Shown: piece by piece, positions 22,120 through 32,164 of the stretch
Numbering within the stretch: position 1 is the first letter of the stretch
Layout of the letters: each line of letters starts with the position of its first letter
NCBI GenBank assembly: GCA_963691875.1
Contig: OY829846.1
Location: forward strand, 2,112,001 to 2,176,000
Reading direction: 5' to 3'
DNA from: Aureliella sp.
GTDB lineage: Bacteria; Planctomycetota; Planctomycetia; Pirellulales; Pirellulaceae
Length of the DNA: 64,000 nt
Notes under the pieces: generated by a model
What the model was told of the DNA's origin: nothing
What the model saw: only the letters and a program-made list of their open reading frames with translations
Database searches by the model: none
Program-made: the position numbers and the translations under genes

Positions 22120-22365
22120 TGGTATTGACTATCGGAGGAGTAGTGTTGGCGGGAGCAGGCAGGATTCCGCGACTTCTAGGTATCCCACACGACAGAGGCA
22201 AAGTCTTGGTAGAAGATCGCGAGAACTTGTACGATTCGCGCATCGCCTACAAGACTTCAGATAGTTTAGAAGTGCCGAATGGAGAAATCTACGGAGTTCT
22301 ACTCAGTATAGTCAACCAAGCATTTTTCCGCAGCAGAGTACATTCGACGCAGGAAACGGCTACCG

Positions 22366-22791
22366 TTACTTCAGCGGACTGATATTCCCCACTCCGATCG
22401 TTTCGGCGGGGCCAGCTTCTTTTACGTCCAAGCTGTGGATCTCTTGAAAAGTCTCCACCAAGGACCAATCATCATCGTCTGGGTAGCTACTGTATCGATC
22501 CTGAGCCATTTGCTGCACTTCTTGGCCAGAGGGAGAGGTCACGTGCTGCCGGTAGCCACTCAGGAATCGGCTGGCAGGAATCAAGACTGCCCAGCACAGA
22601 ACAATACCAAGTGATGCGATGCCAGCTCCCTTCGCAAACTTCCACAGTCGAGCATGTTCGCCAGCAGTTTCCAGCAAATATGGCTTCATGTCTTCACTTG
22701 GAACGACATAGTCCTTGGATTGAAAGATCAACTTTTCTAATGCCTGCAGATCTTCGGAAAGTGGTGGTTTTCCGCTTAGACTCATCCACAA
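22366..22791 (-). CDS. small single-TM protein, candidate anti-sigma factor
   Basis: Overlaps the ECF sigma stop; one hydrophobic segment (AGIASLGIVLCWAVLIPA). Confidence 0.7.
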   Translation of the reverse strand: MWMSLSGKPPLSEDLQALEKLIFQSKDYVVPSEDMKPYLLETAGEHARLWKFAKGAGIASLGIVLCWAVLIPASRFLSGYRQHVTSPSGQEVQQMAQDRYSSYPDDDDWSLVETFQEIHSLDVKEAGPAETIGVGNISPLK

Positions 22792-23375
22792 ACTCCTTGC
22801 GCCCCGGAGTCCTGATGAGCAATGCTCGGCCGCATTGGCTTGAGCTTACGGGCGAGCTTTTCCAATGCGTAGCGATAGCGACTCGCGGCAGTCGAAGGGC
22901 TGATCTCTAACACACTACCGATTTCGGTAAAGGTCAGCTCTTCCCATATCTTCAGAACCACTACTTCGCTCTGAGCAGCTGGCAGTTTCCTCAGAGCCTT
23001 CCAGATAACACGGAATTGCTCTTCTTGTTCTGCCTGATCCACCGAACAGTAGGTGGTCAAGTCGGAGAGATTGGCCAGTGGGTAAGCTCGCTTCTTACGC
23101 CGCAAAACCAACAAGGCTTCGTTGCGTACCATCCGCAGCAAATAAGCCCACGGATAGTTGGCACCTGCAAGCAGACTCGGTTCGTTCGCTACTCGAAGCA
23201 AAGCGGCCTGAACTGCGTCTTCGGCGTCATACTGGTTTCGCGTGATGGTCACGGCCAGTCGCACCAGCCGCTGAGCAGTCACATCGAACAAACCGTGCAT
23301 CGCTTCGACACCGTCTTCCTTGAGTCGCTGCGCGTGTTCGCGGACTTCTTCATCCAAGCGTTTTGTAGTTTCCAT
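22782..23375 (-). CDS. ECF sigma factor
   Basis: DAEDAVQ, AYLLRMVRNEAL, LPAAQSEVVVLKIWEELTFTEIG, TAASRYRYALEKL. Confidence 0.92.
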   Translation of the reverse strand: METTKRLDEEVREHAQRLKEDGVEAMHGLFDVTAQRLVRLAVTITRNQYDAEDAVQAALLRVANEPSLLAGANYPWAYLLRMVRNEALLVLRRKKRAYPLANLSDLTTYCSVDQAEQEEQFRVIWKALRKLPAAQSEVVVLKIWEELTFTEIGSVLEISPSTAASRYRYALEKLARKLKPMRPSIAHQDSGAQGVCG

Positions 23376-23509
23376 TTTAAGGGTCGCCCTGTTGGGAATT
23401 TGATAAGAACCCAGGAAAGTAGCCTCAATCATAAACGCAATCACCGCCCGAGATCAAAGTGACCGAAAGGCCGGCAGAAAGGTGAAGGCTTATCGTTCAG
23501 TATTCGGAT

Positions 23510-23541
23510 CGCGCCGAACTAAAACCGCGCCGAACTAAAAC
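23510..23541. repeat. exact 16-bp tandem duplication
   Basis: CGCGCCGAACTAAAAC x2 (23510-23525, 23526-23541). Confidence 0.9.
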
Positions 23542-23695
23542 TGTACGTTAAAGAGTCGCGAGTGGCTTCGATTTGCCTATCTCAGTGGAAAGAAAATCAA
23601 ATCGGGGCGAATCAGCGCAAATTGTTTCATGGAAGAGCCTTGCAGCTTCGACGTCAGAGCGAAATTCCGGCCACGAGAAAGAAAAAGCTGCAAAA

Positions 23696-25294
23696 CTAGA
23701 CTTCCGGATCGTAATCGACCTTTTCCAGCCGCATGCGTTTGGCCCGATCATCGGATTCTTCTAGGACCTTCGCGCGAGCCACAACATGCTCATCAACGGT
23801 CAACTCAATCACCTCGCCCTCGTGAACGATCCGCTGAGCGTGGTGCATTAGCAACCCGGCCATGGTGTCTTGCTCGGTTTCCTCGAACTGGATTTCTAGT
23901 TCTTTCTCGACATCTTCGACTGGCGTCGCGCCATCGATTACAAATAGATTGGGACCTTCAGGCACGATCTGCGGATCTTCTGTGTCAAATTCGTCAGCCA
24001 CATCACCGATGATTTCTTCGAGCACGTTTTCAAGCGTTACGATGCCGACTACCGTTCCATGTTCATCCAGTACGAAGGCCATGAGTTGATGAGTGCCACG
24101 GAAGTGCCGCAGGAGCGTGCTGATCTGCATGCTCTCGGGAACCTTCTTTGGCGGCCGCATAATCGACTTGAAATCGAAATCTTCGTCAACTGCTCGTCCG
24201 ATCAGATCCTTAACGTGGAGCACGCCGAGGACTTCGTCTAAACTTCCATCGCATACAGGGTACCGCGAGTGCTTGCTCCGGCGGATCAAGTCGATGCTTT
24301 CGGAGTTGGGTTTATTGATGTCGATAAACTCAGCTTCACCGCGAGGCAACATGATGCGTCGGCAAACCATGTCATCAAACTCAAAGACAGCGTCCAACAG
24401 GTTGGCTTCGCTCTTCGTCAAGTTGCCATGGATGTGAGCTTCGCGAAGTAGCGCACGAATCTCTTCTTCCGTGTATGGCACTTCGTGTTCGCCGCTCTTC
24501 ATCCCCATCAATCCGAGCAACATATTGGTGGAAGCATTCAAAGCAATGACTGGCAGAATACTCAGGCAGTAGAAGGCTCTCATCGGAAGCGCGCACCACA
24601 GCAACATTGTCTCAGGCTGACGAATGGCGAATACCTTGGGAGCTTGCTCGCCGACGACCAAGTGCAGCGCCGAAAAGACGGTGAATCCTACAATGAACGA
24701 AACTGTGTGAAGCAGTGCTGGAGAGGTGATACCGACCGCGGTAAAGACGGGCTCCAAGAGAGCGGCTACTGCCGGCTCACCAACCCACCCCAGTGCAAGC
24801 GAGGCCATGGTGATTCCAAGTTGGCAAGCGGAAAGCGTCATCTCCAAACGCTTGGCCAGCCACAACGCGCTCTTAGCAAAGAGTCGTTTGGTTACCACCA
24901 TCTGTTCGACTCGGCTCACCCGAACTTTGACCAAGGCAAATTCGGCCGCGACAAAGAACCCGTTGGCGGCGAGCAAAACGAAAGCTGCTAGGAGCATCAA
25001 CCAAGGGCTGGTATTACTTTCTTCTCCGCGTTCCTCGCTCGAATGGGACTCTTCCGAGCCATCAATCTTTATCGGCTGCCCAGGAAGAGAATCGAAAACA
25101 GGAACCCAAGCTAGGAAGGGAGATGGCGGAAGAAGGATTGCCGACGGGTGGCCTACCTTCGTTGGGGCCGCGGACTCGCCAGCCACTAACGCTGGCGAAA
25201 ACAGAAGCAGGGAATAGGTAGAGAGGACGCTGGCGAACGCCAGACGCAGCAACGAGGTAGGCGATCGTCTTAGAATTGGTTGCACGGGATCCAT
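23696..25294 (-). CDS. hemolysin/CNNM family protein (DUF21-CBS-CorC)
   Basis: NGFFVAAEFALV, CQLGITMASLALGWVGEP, GEQAPK, HSRYPV, GIVTLENVLEEIIGDVADEFD; start uncertain. Confidence 0.92.
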   Translation of the reverse strand: MDPVQPILRRSPTSLLRLAFASVLSTYSLLLFSPALVAGESAAPTKVGHPSAILLPPSPFLAWVPVFDSLPGQPIKIDGSEESHSSEERGEESNTSPWLMLLAAFVLLAANGFFVAAEFALVKVRVSRVEQMVVTKRLFAKSALWLAKRLEMTLSACQLGITMASLALGWVGEPAVAALLEPVFTAVGITSPALLHTVSFIVGFTVFSALHLVVGEQAPKVFAIRQPETMLLWCALPMRAFYCLSILPVIALNASTNMLLGLMGMKSGEHEVPYTEEEIRALLREAHIHGNLTKSEANLLDAVFEFDDMVCRRIMLPRGEAEFIDINKPNSESIDLIRRSKHSRYPVCDGSLDEVLGVLHVKDLIGRAVDEDFDFKSIMRPPKKVPESMQISTLLRHFRGTHQLMAFVLDEHGTVVGIVTLENVLEEIIGDVADEFDTEDPQIVPEGPNLFVIDGATPVEDVEKELEIQFEETEQDTMAGLLMHHAQRIVHEGEVIELTVDEHVVARAKVLEESDDRAKRMRLEKVDYDPEV

Positions 25295-25360
25295 CGTGTT
25301 AAGTTTTGGAAGACAGGGCGAGCTTCATTGTAGCTTCTACTTTGCGGCGGCGGGATATGA

Positions 25361-26254
25361 TTAGACGGTTTCCGTGCGCAGCTCGAATCCGATTTCGGTC
25401 TTCGCGTGGGGGGCAATCCGCATTCGATCCTGACCGATATTCGCGGTTTCCACACAGCACATCTGCTGATATTCCTCGTCGCCAAAGTCCGCCATGCGAG
25501 CTGCCTTGGCAATCCAAGGATTCCATACCACGGTGGAGCTAGAACCAGAGCTCTCTAGGATGACTTTTCGCTTGGCCGCCGGATCGCAGACGTCGATACG
25601 TGGGGCTGCGCCATGATAGATCCGATCGGTCTCTGCATTGAAAGTGATCGGGGCATTAGCTGCTGGATGTGTTTCCCCCGTGAGCTGATCGAGGAAAGGG
25701 AGACCAACCACGTCACCTTCAACGGTCATCTCGCCCAAGTCCGCAACTCGAAAATAGGTGTGCAAAGCCACTTCAGGCTCTTGTGTTTGTTCGGAGACAT
25801 TGTGGATCGTCATACTGACGTGAAGTTTGCTTCCGAATATCAACTTGTACTCAAGCCGATAAGGCTCGCAATAGAGGCCCAGAACAACTTGAAGCCCTGC
25901 TTCTTCCTTGGATGACGATAGCATTTGCCACGGCTGCTGTCGTACAAGACCATGAGCCGGAGAGTCTTGATCCACCTCTCCGTTGGGCAGTTTCTTAGCA
26001 TTGAACCAAGGAAAGCAAATGGGAACTCCGCCGCGAATCGCCTTTCCGTCGCGGTAAACTGCTTCCGAGCTCAGGAATAGAACAGGCTCCTCACCAGTAG
26101 GTTGAAAGTCGACAAGGTGTGCCCCTTGCAGGAAAAATCTCCCTTTGCACCGTTCGGTGGTCACGACACCTTGAAGCAAGCCACTCTCATGGCCCTCAAA
26201 ACGCAAGAGCCCATCCAATTCATACTCGGCTAATTCTGGCGTTGCAGCGCTCAT
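25361..26254 (-). CDS. D-hexose-6-phosphate mutarotase (aldose 1-epimerase family)
   Basis: KAIRGGVPICFPWF, HGLVR, ALHTYF, ETDRIY, TVVWNPW, CVETAN. Confidence 0.93.
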   Translation of the reverse strand: MSAATPELAEYELDGLLRFEGHESGLLQGVVTTERCKGRFFLQGAHLVDFQPTGEEPVLFLSSEAVYRDGKAIRGGVPICFPWFNAKKLPNGEVDQDSPAHGLVRQQPWQMLSSSKEEAGLQVVLGLYCEPYRLEYKLIFGSKLHVSMTIHNVSEQTQEPEVALHTYFRVADLGEMTVEGDVVGLPFLDQLTGETHPAANAPITFNAETDRIYHGAAPRIDVCDPAAKRKVILESSGSSSTVVWNPWIAKAARMADFGDEEYQQMCCVETANIGQDRMRIAPHAKTEIGFELRTETV

Positions 26255-26411
26255 AAATTCTTTCCATTCGAATGAAGGCAAACAAGACTCACCCAGTAGC
26301 CGGCGGTGCTTCCGGCTCGTTGCTTGTCGAAAACCTACACTATAGAGCTTCGCATTTTCGATTCTTTGAAACAACACGAACTAATCTGAATCCGACCAAG
26401 GGATAGATGGC

Positions 26412-26867
26412 ATGTCTGTCGGTACGTCTGCTGATTTTGACATCGAAGTCTTCTACGACGGCGACTGCCCGCTGTGCCTACGTGAAATTCAAATGCTGCA
26501 GTGGTTCGACCGGCGTGGACGACGCATTCGCTTCACGAATATAGCAAGCTCTAAATTCCAGCCTGCCGAGTATGGTAGAACGATGAATCAACTCATGGCT
26601 GAGATTCATGGCAGACTGCCGGACGGCAACTGGATAATCGGTGTCGAAGTTTTTCGGCGACTATACTCGGCCATCGGATTTGGATGGCTAGTTTGGCCAA
26701 CTCGCTTGCCGGTCATTCGCCATCTGGCTGACTGGGGCTACGCCGTCTTCGCTCGCAACCGTCTCAAATGGACTGGACGATGTACTAGCGAGTGTGATTT
26801 GCCGGAGAAAACAAACTCGGTTGATAAGACATCCCTTGCTTCGGAAACTGAAGCTTTGAGTGAATGA
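26412..26867 (+). CDS. DCC family (DUF393) thiol-disulfide oxidoreductase-like protein
   Basis: [25 protein letters not shown]. Confidence 0.9.
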   Translation: MSVGTSADFDIEVFYDGDCPLCLREIQMLQWFDRRGRRIRFTNIASSKFQPAEYGRTMNQLMAEIHGRLPDGNWIIGVEVFRRLYSAIGFGWLVWPTRLPVIRHLADWGYAVFARNRLKWTGRCTSECDLPEKTNSVDKTSLASETEALSE

Positions 26868-27238
26868 CTCTGGGCCTAGACAACCGGTTCCGCCGTCACC
26901 GAACAGACAACCAAGCCGCCGCAGCCTCAATTCGCTCCTGCGGAACACGCTGGGACCTCCGTGCTATTTCAAGGGGCTTTTGGCCTAAAGAGCTAGGTCA
27001 ATCCTCTGTTGCGTAGGCCTCCACCAGAAATTGAACGACATCCAGTTACCTCCACGCTGCCGCTATGTGCAAGTGAGATCTTCCGGGCTCACTGGCAAGT
27101 TTTACATTGCCCCGGGATTCCAGAGCATGCTGACTCCAGCAACGTCCGGCATAGTAGCGGCGGAATGAATCGGAGCAAAGCCAGTCTCGACCATGCCCCA
27201 CTTAGCATCTGGTGTATCTGGGTTAGACATTTCTTTAG

Positions 27239-27835
27239 TCACTTTTTGAGCGCGTCGGCCGGTAACTCTGGCAACTGCCTTAGGTAATCACGATGCGCGC
27301 CGCGAAGAACTAAGAGATTGTTAGAAGCGTAGATGATTCGAACGGATACTGGCCGTCGACTCGCTATAAGAAAACCAAGCAGTCCGCACAATACTGAGAG
27401 CACTATGGGGAAATTAGAAAACCGATGCAATGCGGGCGGTGTCATGAGCATTAGCATGACAAAAAATACAATCCCAGCTAGCATAAGCCCAAAGCCGCCA
27501 CGGATGATTCGGTCGTGTTTTTCAAGGAGGCTCTCCGTAATCGGCAACAGTAAGTTCACTTTCTGACGAAAAGAACCTGCGACAACGAGATAAGGTAATA
27601 TTCCAGGTAGGATTAACCAATTGATCCAGCTTGGGTGCCAAGTAGCGGCGAACGATACCGACGCAGCTGTCTCCTCTCCAGTCATCATGCAGCGAGCCGG
27701 CAGCGCCGCGTGACTCAATACGTGCACATCCCTGCCTGAACGAAAGACGAGATCATCCTCATAATTCTCCTGGGGCGGCTTAAAAGTCTCTTCAACCTCA
27801 GGCGGTGCGTACGGATTGTCAGACTCAGTGCTCAA
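27239..27835 (-). CDS. hypothetical membrane protein
   Basis: N-terminal NPYAPP motif, LPARC, three hydrophobic segments, GAHRDYL end. Confidence 0.75.
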   Translation of the reverse strand: MSTESDNPYAPPEVEETFKPPQENYEDDLVFRSGRDVHVLSHAALPARCMMTGEETAASVSFAATWHPSWINWLILPGILPYLVVAGSFRQKVNLLLPITESLLEKHDRIIRGGFGLMLAGIVFFVMLMLMTPPALHRFSNFPIVLSVLCGLLGFLIASRRPVSVRIIYASNNLLVLRGAHRDYLRQLPELPADALKK

Positions 27836-27865
27836 GACTTTGCTCGTCTAGCTCGAGTTTTGTTG

Positions 27866-29161
27866 CTACTCAATGCAATACAAATGCTTTTCGCCGCGAA
27901 TCAGAATTCGCTTGCGATAGAAGGCCAGAGAGGCATTGACTGATTCATCGAGTGGATTAACGGCGACCGGCCGTGGGTTTTCGCCAAGCTCAACCACCAT
28001 GGTTGTTCCGAATAAATCCGTGACGTAGATATGCTTTCCTGCGGCGACTGGTGAGGCATAGATGCTTCCCAACGCCCCGAGTCGCATCGTGCCTGGAGCC
28101 GGCTCACCACTTTCAGCGGAAACAGCGGTGAATACATTTTGATAGTGAGCGAGAAAACACACGACTCCGCGATGGAGCAGCATCGATGGGACATAAGGCG
28201 TTCTTTGCATCCGGTCCCACAAGACGGCCTCGCTTCCAGTGATGTCTCCTGTGGCATCTGCGAGCCGAATCGCCATCAAGTATTGCTTCTCGTAGCTGCT
28301 TCCGACAACAAGCGTGCCATTTTCGTACACCGGAGTCGCAACGATGTTGGCGGACATCCCGCCACATTGCCAGATCTCGTCTCCAGATTCTAAGTCGTAG
28401 CCACGAACACGATTGGTTCCAGCAACGATCAGCTGTGCCCTACCCTTCACTTCGACAACCATCGGAGTGCTCCAAGAAGTTACTTCCTTGCGATCCTTGC
28501 GCCACAATGCAGCGCCCGTCTTTTTGTCGAGTGCAGTCACGAAAGACTGTTCTTCGTGGTCCCAATTGATGGCGATTACATCTCCCCAAAGCACCGGAGA
28601 GGCACCTTCGCCATGGCCATGTTTCGAATGCATTTGGCCGAACCCACGCCTCCACTGAACTTCTCCCGAGCGATCCAAACAGTACAGTCCTTGCGAGCCA
28701 AAGAAGGCGTAAACGTGCTCCTTGTCGCAAACGGCGGAGGCTGACGCGAGGCTGCCGGTCTCATGAGCACCTTCGAGCGGAATTGCCTCCTTTACAACTG
28801 TCTGCCAAGCAAGCTTTCCATCGTCCGCATTCACGGCGAGAACCACGAATTGAAAACGGCTCTCGACCGGCAAATTATTGTGAGCTCCAGGGCGACCACT
28901 GCGCCGCGGTGGGAATTTCTCGCCAACAGGGATGGCCGTGGTCAAAAATATCAGGCCATCCGAAACGACAGGAGAGCTGTGTCCTCTTCCTGGAAGCGGC
29001 GTTTTCCACCGAATATTTTCGTCGTGCGACCATTGGATCGGTAGTTCGGCGTCAATCGCCCCTGTGCCATTCGGGCCGCGCCATTGCGGCCACGATTCCT
29101 GCGCAAAAAGTGGCGAGCAGGCCCCAAAAAAAACTAAAAAAAACAAAGCAATGCAATGCAT
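27866..29161 (-). CDS. PQQ-like beta-propeller repeat protein (BamB-like)
   Basis: WPQWRGPNGTG, W-K-x-x-LPG-x-GHSSPVV, repeated W/SP blades, IRGEKHLYCI end; start placed at ATG 29161. Confidence 0.9.
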   Translation of the reverse strand: MHCIALFFLVFFGACSPLFAQESWPQWRGPNGTGAIDAELPIQWSHDENIRWKTPLPGRGHSSPVVSDGLIFLTTAIPVGEKFPPRRSGRPGAHNNLPVESRFQFVVLAVNADDGKLAWQTVVKEAIPLEGAHETGSLASASAVCDKEHVYAFFGSQGLYCLDRSGEVQWRRGFGQMHSKHGHGEGASPVLWGDVIAINWDHEEQSFVTALDKKTGAALWRKDRKEVTSWSTPMVVEVKGRAQLIVAGTNRVRGYDLESGDEIWQCGGMSANIVATPVYENGTLVVGSSYEKQYLMAIRLADATGDITGSEAVLWDRMQRTPYVPSMLLHRGVVCFLAHYQNVFTAVSAESGEPAPGTMRLGALGSIYASPVAAGKHIYVTDLFGTTMVVELGENPRPVAVNPLDESVNASLAFYRKRILIRGEKHLYCIE

Positions 29162-29229
29162 CAAGCAATTCCCCAAGAAGAAGCTGCGAGCAAACCGACA
29201 TGGCATTCTACCCGACAAAGCGGAGCTGT

Positions 29230-29782
29230 TTACTTGTCGGGTTTCTTTTCGATTCGTTCCAGCACAGCCAGCATCTTTTTGAAAACTTCTGGAAAGGAAG
29301 CCGCATTTGATGATACAACGGACGCTTGAGATTCGACTCGAGCAACATTCTCTTTCGAGCCAACAACCAAGTCTCATTGCTGAAGTACCGCTTCCTTGAA
29401 GGCGCGGCCGTCCTTGACGGCAGTGAGATAAATCAACGCTCCCACAGCGGACTGGCCAGCAGTATCACCGAAAGCGCTTCCACCTCGAAATACCGCATCA
29501 ATGGCCCTTGGACGACGCCCACATCAGTGATGCGATCGAGCGGAACCCCTTTCTCTCCTTTGGTCAAAATGCCTTTGGACACTCGCAAGCTACGGTTCGT
29601 CAGCGTTGCTTTGTGAGAATCCAGGTACATCTTGGAGAGAAATTTAGCTACGATGAACCAGATTGGTATCAGAGGAAACCCAATGATCAATGCGGTGACA
29701 ACTAGAACGAGACCGTGAAACGGTAGGTCGTAACGCGCTCGTTGAATTCAGCTTCCCCAATAACTTTTTATTCTTAATTCAT
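29230..29782 (-). pseudogene. bacterial PH-domain (bPH_2-like) membrane protein, broken
   Basis: VPLDRITDVGVVQGPLMRYF...TAGQS; two TAA right after ATG 29782, frameshifts near 29715 and 29465, TGA at 29374-29376. Confidence 0.8.
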
Positions 29783-29840
29783 ATCGATTTTTTGCGGTGT
29801 TAAGTCGTAGGACTCATTCTCTGAGATTTGATGATCCCTA

Positions 29841-30140
29841 TCAGGTATAGCGAACAAGGAATAACCAATTCGCAAAAGACTCCGAAAGGAAGCACAGCAG
29901 GATCACAATACAGCCGCAAAGGAGAGTTAGAATCCAAGTCCGAGCGAGAAAGCTAGACAACCAACGAAATAGGTCGATTTTGCTCTGGTCATGAGGCGCT
30001 GCGAGCCCCAAAAGAAAACTAGCCGCGGGCACGCCGAACAGAGCGACGGGCAATGCAATCTTTGGAACAATCAACATTCCAGCAACGAGAGCGATGGCGT
30101 GAAGTAAAGCGAAAATCGCTGTCGTCTGACTTGTTTTCAT
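29841..30140 (-). CDS. small hydrophobic hypothetical protein
   Basis: 99 aa, three TM-like segments, directly after the methyltransferase gene. Confidence 0.55.
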   Translation of the reverse strand: MKTSQTTAIFALLHAIALVAGMLIVPKIALPVALFGVPAASFLLGLAAPHDQSKIDLFRWLSSFLARTWILTLLCGCIVILLCFLSESFANWLFLVRYT

Positions 30141-30169
30141 GGTGGATGCGCGGCTTCGCGCAACTAAGA

Positions 30170-31258
30170 TTACCGACGCAATGCCGCGATGCAACACTCT
30201 CTTCGATTGTAGGCAAGCTGACGAGCCTTTACTCGATTGAATCCCCAACTTTGAACTCGTGCCAAGTAAGAATCGATTTTTTCAGCGAGTTCGATCGAGG
30301 TGAGTTTCACGGTCAGCAGTAGGCCTTCAAACTGGCTGCTGGGGTAGGCCACGATATCTTCCACGGCGTCCAGGGTATAATTCGGTGCAACGTTTGCATC
30401 AGCAGCTAACCATTTAAATTTTGAGTAGCGTTTGCGTTTCACGGCCGAAGATTTGCTTCTCCAGTGCTCGAACTTTGGATGACCGAGTATTTCAGGATCC
30501 ATTTCTGCCGGATCAACGCCGCACACTCTTAAACCACACTCAAGCAGCCGTTGACTTGCTCCTCCAGGAGCACTGCCAATTTCCACGCACCAATCACCAT
30601 CCTGAATGGGTAACTCACTCCACGCCAAACCTTCGGCCATCTTCAAGTATGCTCGGCTGATCATATTCTCGGGCACCTCGACGGCGGCCACTCCACCTGG
30701 CCACCGAGTTTCTACGCCGTCTACGTGGTGAAAACCAAGCAGCCATTGATTGGGTTCCACCAAAATCACATCCAGTACCTTCGCCCCGTGGCGGAGTATC
30801 TCCGGCTCCAGCGTGCCTGCTCGAGGTAGCCGGTCCTGGAATTTTTGGGTGATGATTTCGCTAATTTCTGACTCACCGGGCTCAAAGGACCGTTCGCCTG
30901 GCAGATGTGAATCCCGCTGGAAAACATGAACAGCCTCAAAGTCCTCGCCAACCAGTTCAAGGGATTGCTCTGCAAGCTGATCTGCATGCGTACCACGGAC
31001 TTGCCCAAGCCCGATTCCTGCCTGCCGGATGAGTAAATGCTTGGGCAGAGTTGGGAATCGGAGGTACGATCCCTTCTGCGATGGCGTCTCAGTCTTAAAC
31101 GTCAGGAGACCCGGGCGAGAAAATGCTAGGCGAAACCGACTTTCCGGGCCCAAGAAATGGCGTTTCAAGAGTGCCTCGGCCCCATGCTGGCAAACAAGGA
31201 AAACGAACCGGGAGTCAGCGGCGGGCGAGGTAACCGGATTTGCGGGCTCAGAAGCCAT
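30170..31258 (-). CDS. SAM-dependent RNA methyltransferase, RlmM/FtsJ-like
   Basis: SRAYLKMAEG, EIGSAPGG, GVDPAEM, K-D-K-E-type residues (ADAN, TVKL, QLAYNRRE); start placed at ATG 31258. Confidence 0.85.
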   Translation of the reverse strand: MASEPANPVTSPAADSRFVFLVCQHGAEALLKRHFLGPESRFRLAFSRPGLLTFKTETPSQKGSYLRFPTLPKHLLIRQAGIGLGQVRGTHADQLAEQSLELVGEDFEAVHVFQRDSHLPGERSFEPGESEISEIITQKFQDRLPRAGTLEPEILRHGAKVLDVILVEPNQWLLGFHHVDGVETRWPGGVAAVEVPENMISRAYLKMAEGLAWSELPIQDGDWCVEIGSAPGGASQRLLECGLRVCGVDPAEMDPEILGHPKFEHWRSKSSAVKRKRYSKFKWLAADANVAPNYTLDAVEDIVAYPSSQFEGLLLTVKLTSIELAEKIDSYLARVQSWGFNRVKARQLAYNRRECCIAALRR

Positions 31259-31417
31259 TCCTCTAGTATCGTTAGGGGTGACGTTGAAACTGCCCATGAC
31301 GTATAAATAATAGGTGCTGCGGGTTTGCGGCTGCCAAGAATACCACGCTTTCAAGTTTTTTTGGGAGCAATCTTGGCAAAATGGTTTATTGAAAATCTGG
31401 ATACACTCGGGGAACGT

Positions 31418-31639
31418 ATGGCGAAAAAAGAAGAAGCCTTTGAAGTGGAAGGCACCGTCACTCAGGCGCTGGCCAACACTCGGTTTCGAGTTCAACTCGA
31501 TACAGGAACCGAAGTCTTGGCACACGTAGCGGGGCGGATGAGAAAGAATTTCATTCGTATCGTGCCTGGAGACAAAGTACGAGTTGAGCTTTCTCCCTAC
31601 GACTTGACGAAAGGGCGGATTACCTTCCGCGAGCGATAA
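31418..31639 (+). CDS. infA: translation initiation factor IF-1
   Basis: [25 protein letters not shown]...[37 protein letters not shown]. Confidence 0.98.
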   Translation: MAKKEEAFEVEGTVTQALANTRFRVQLDTGTEVLAHVAGRMRKNFIRIVPGDKVRVELSPYDLTKGRITFRER

Positions 31640-32164
31640 ACATCTGGATGTTTGACGCCAGTGCCCAGCCTCACTTCGCTTGGGGCGAAATCTTGCAAGC
31701 CCGGATGTTCGATAGTCGCATCGTGAAATAATTCTAGTCTCGCGAGTCCTTCTGTAGCTTGCTTCCTCCGAACCTTTGCTTTGGTGGGCAAGAATACGTT
31801 CTTTGCCCGCCAAATTCGAGAAGCGGCTATCGCTTGCGTTCCCTCTGGCGTGCGTGAGCCTGCCTTACAACATCTTCAGGCTGCCGCTTCCTACCCTACA
31901 CAGCGGGACTCCGAAGGGTTAGCTTAGGGAGCAGCGTGGGTGCCGGAACAGTCGTCTTCTGCCCCACTTGCTAGTGGATGATTCTATTTCGCTCGAACTG
32001 GTAACGCTCCGGTGCGGTAGTCGTTTAATCATCTGGTGAACAGTCTTGCTGGTGCGGCCAATTTCGCGCCTGCGAAGATTAGTTTCCATGCCATAATTTC
32101 CATGCCATATACGCAATGCCCTCATTCGAGGCATTTTGACTTAATCGGTTTTTAGGAGCCTAGA

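Noticed and set aside
26868..27238. Possible gene remnant after the DCC gene
   Set aside because: No recognisable motif or consistent frame
29126..29147. A-tracts in the beta-propeller gene as a phase-variation site
   Set aside because: In frame; they encode Phe/Leu/Val of a normal signal peptide
31259..31813. 185-aa N-terminal extension of the methyltransferase ORF
   Set aside because: It runs antisense across infA and its promoter region; a shadow frame, with the real start near 31258
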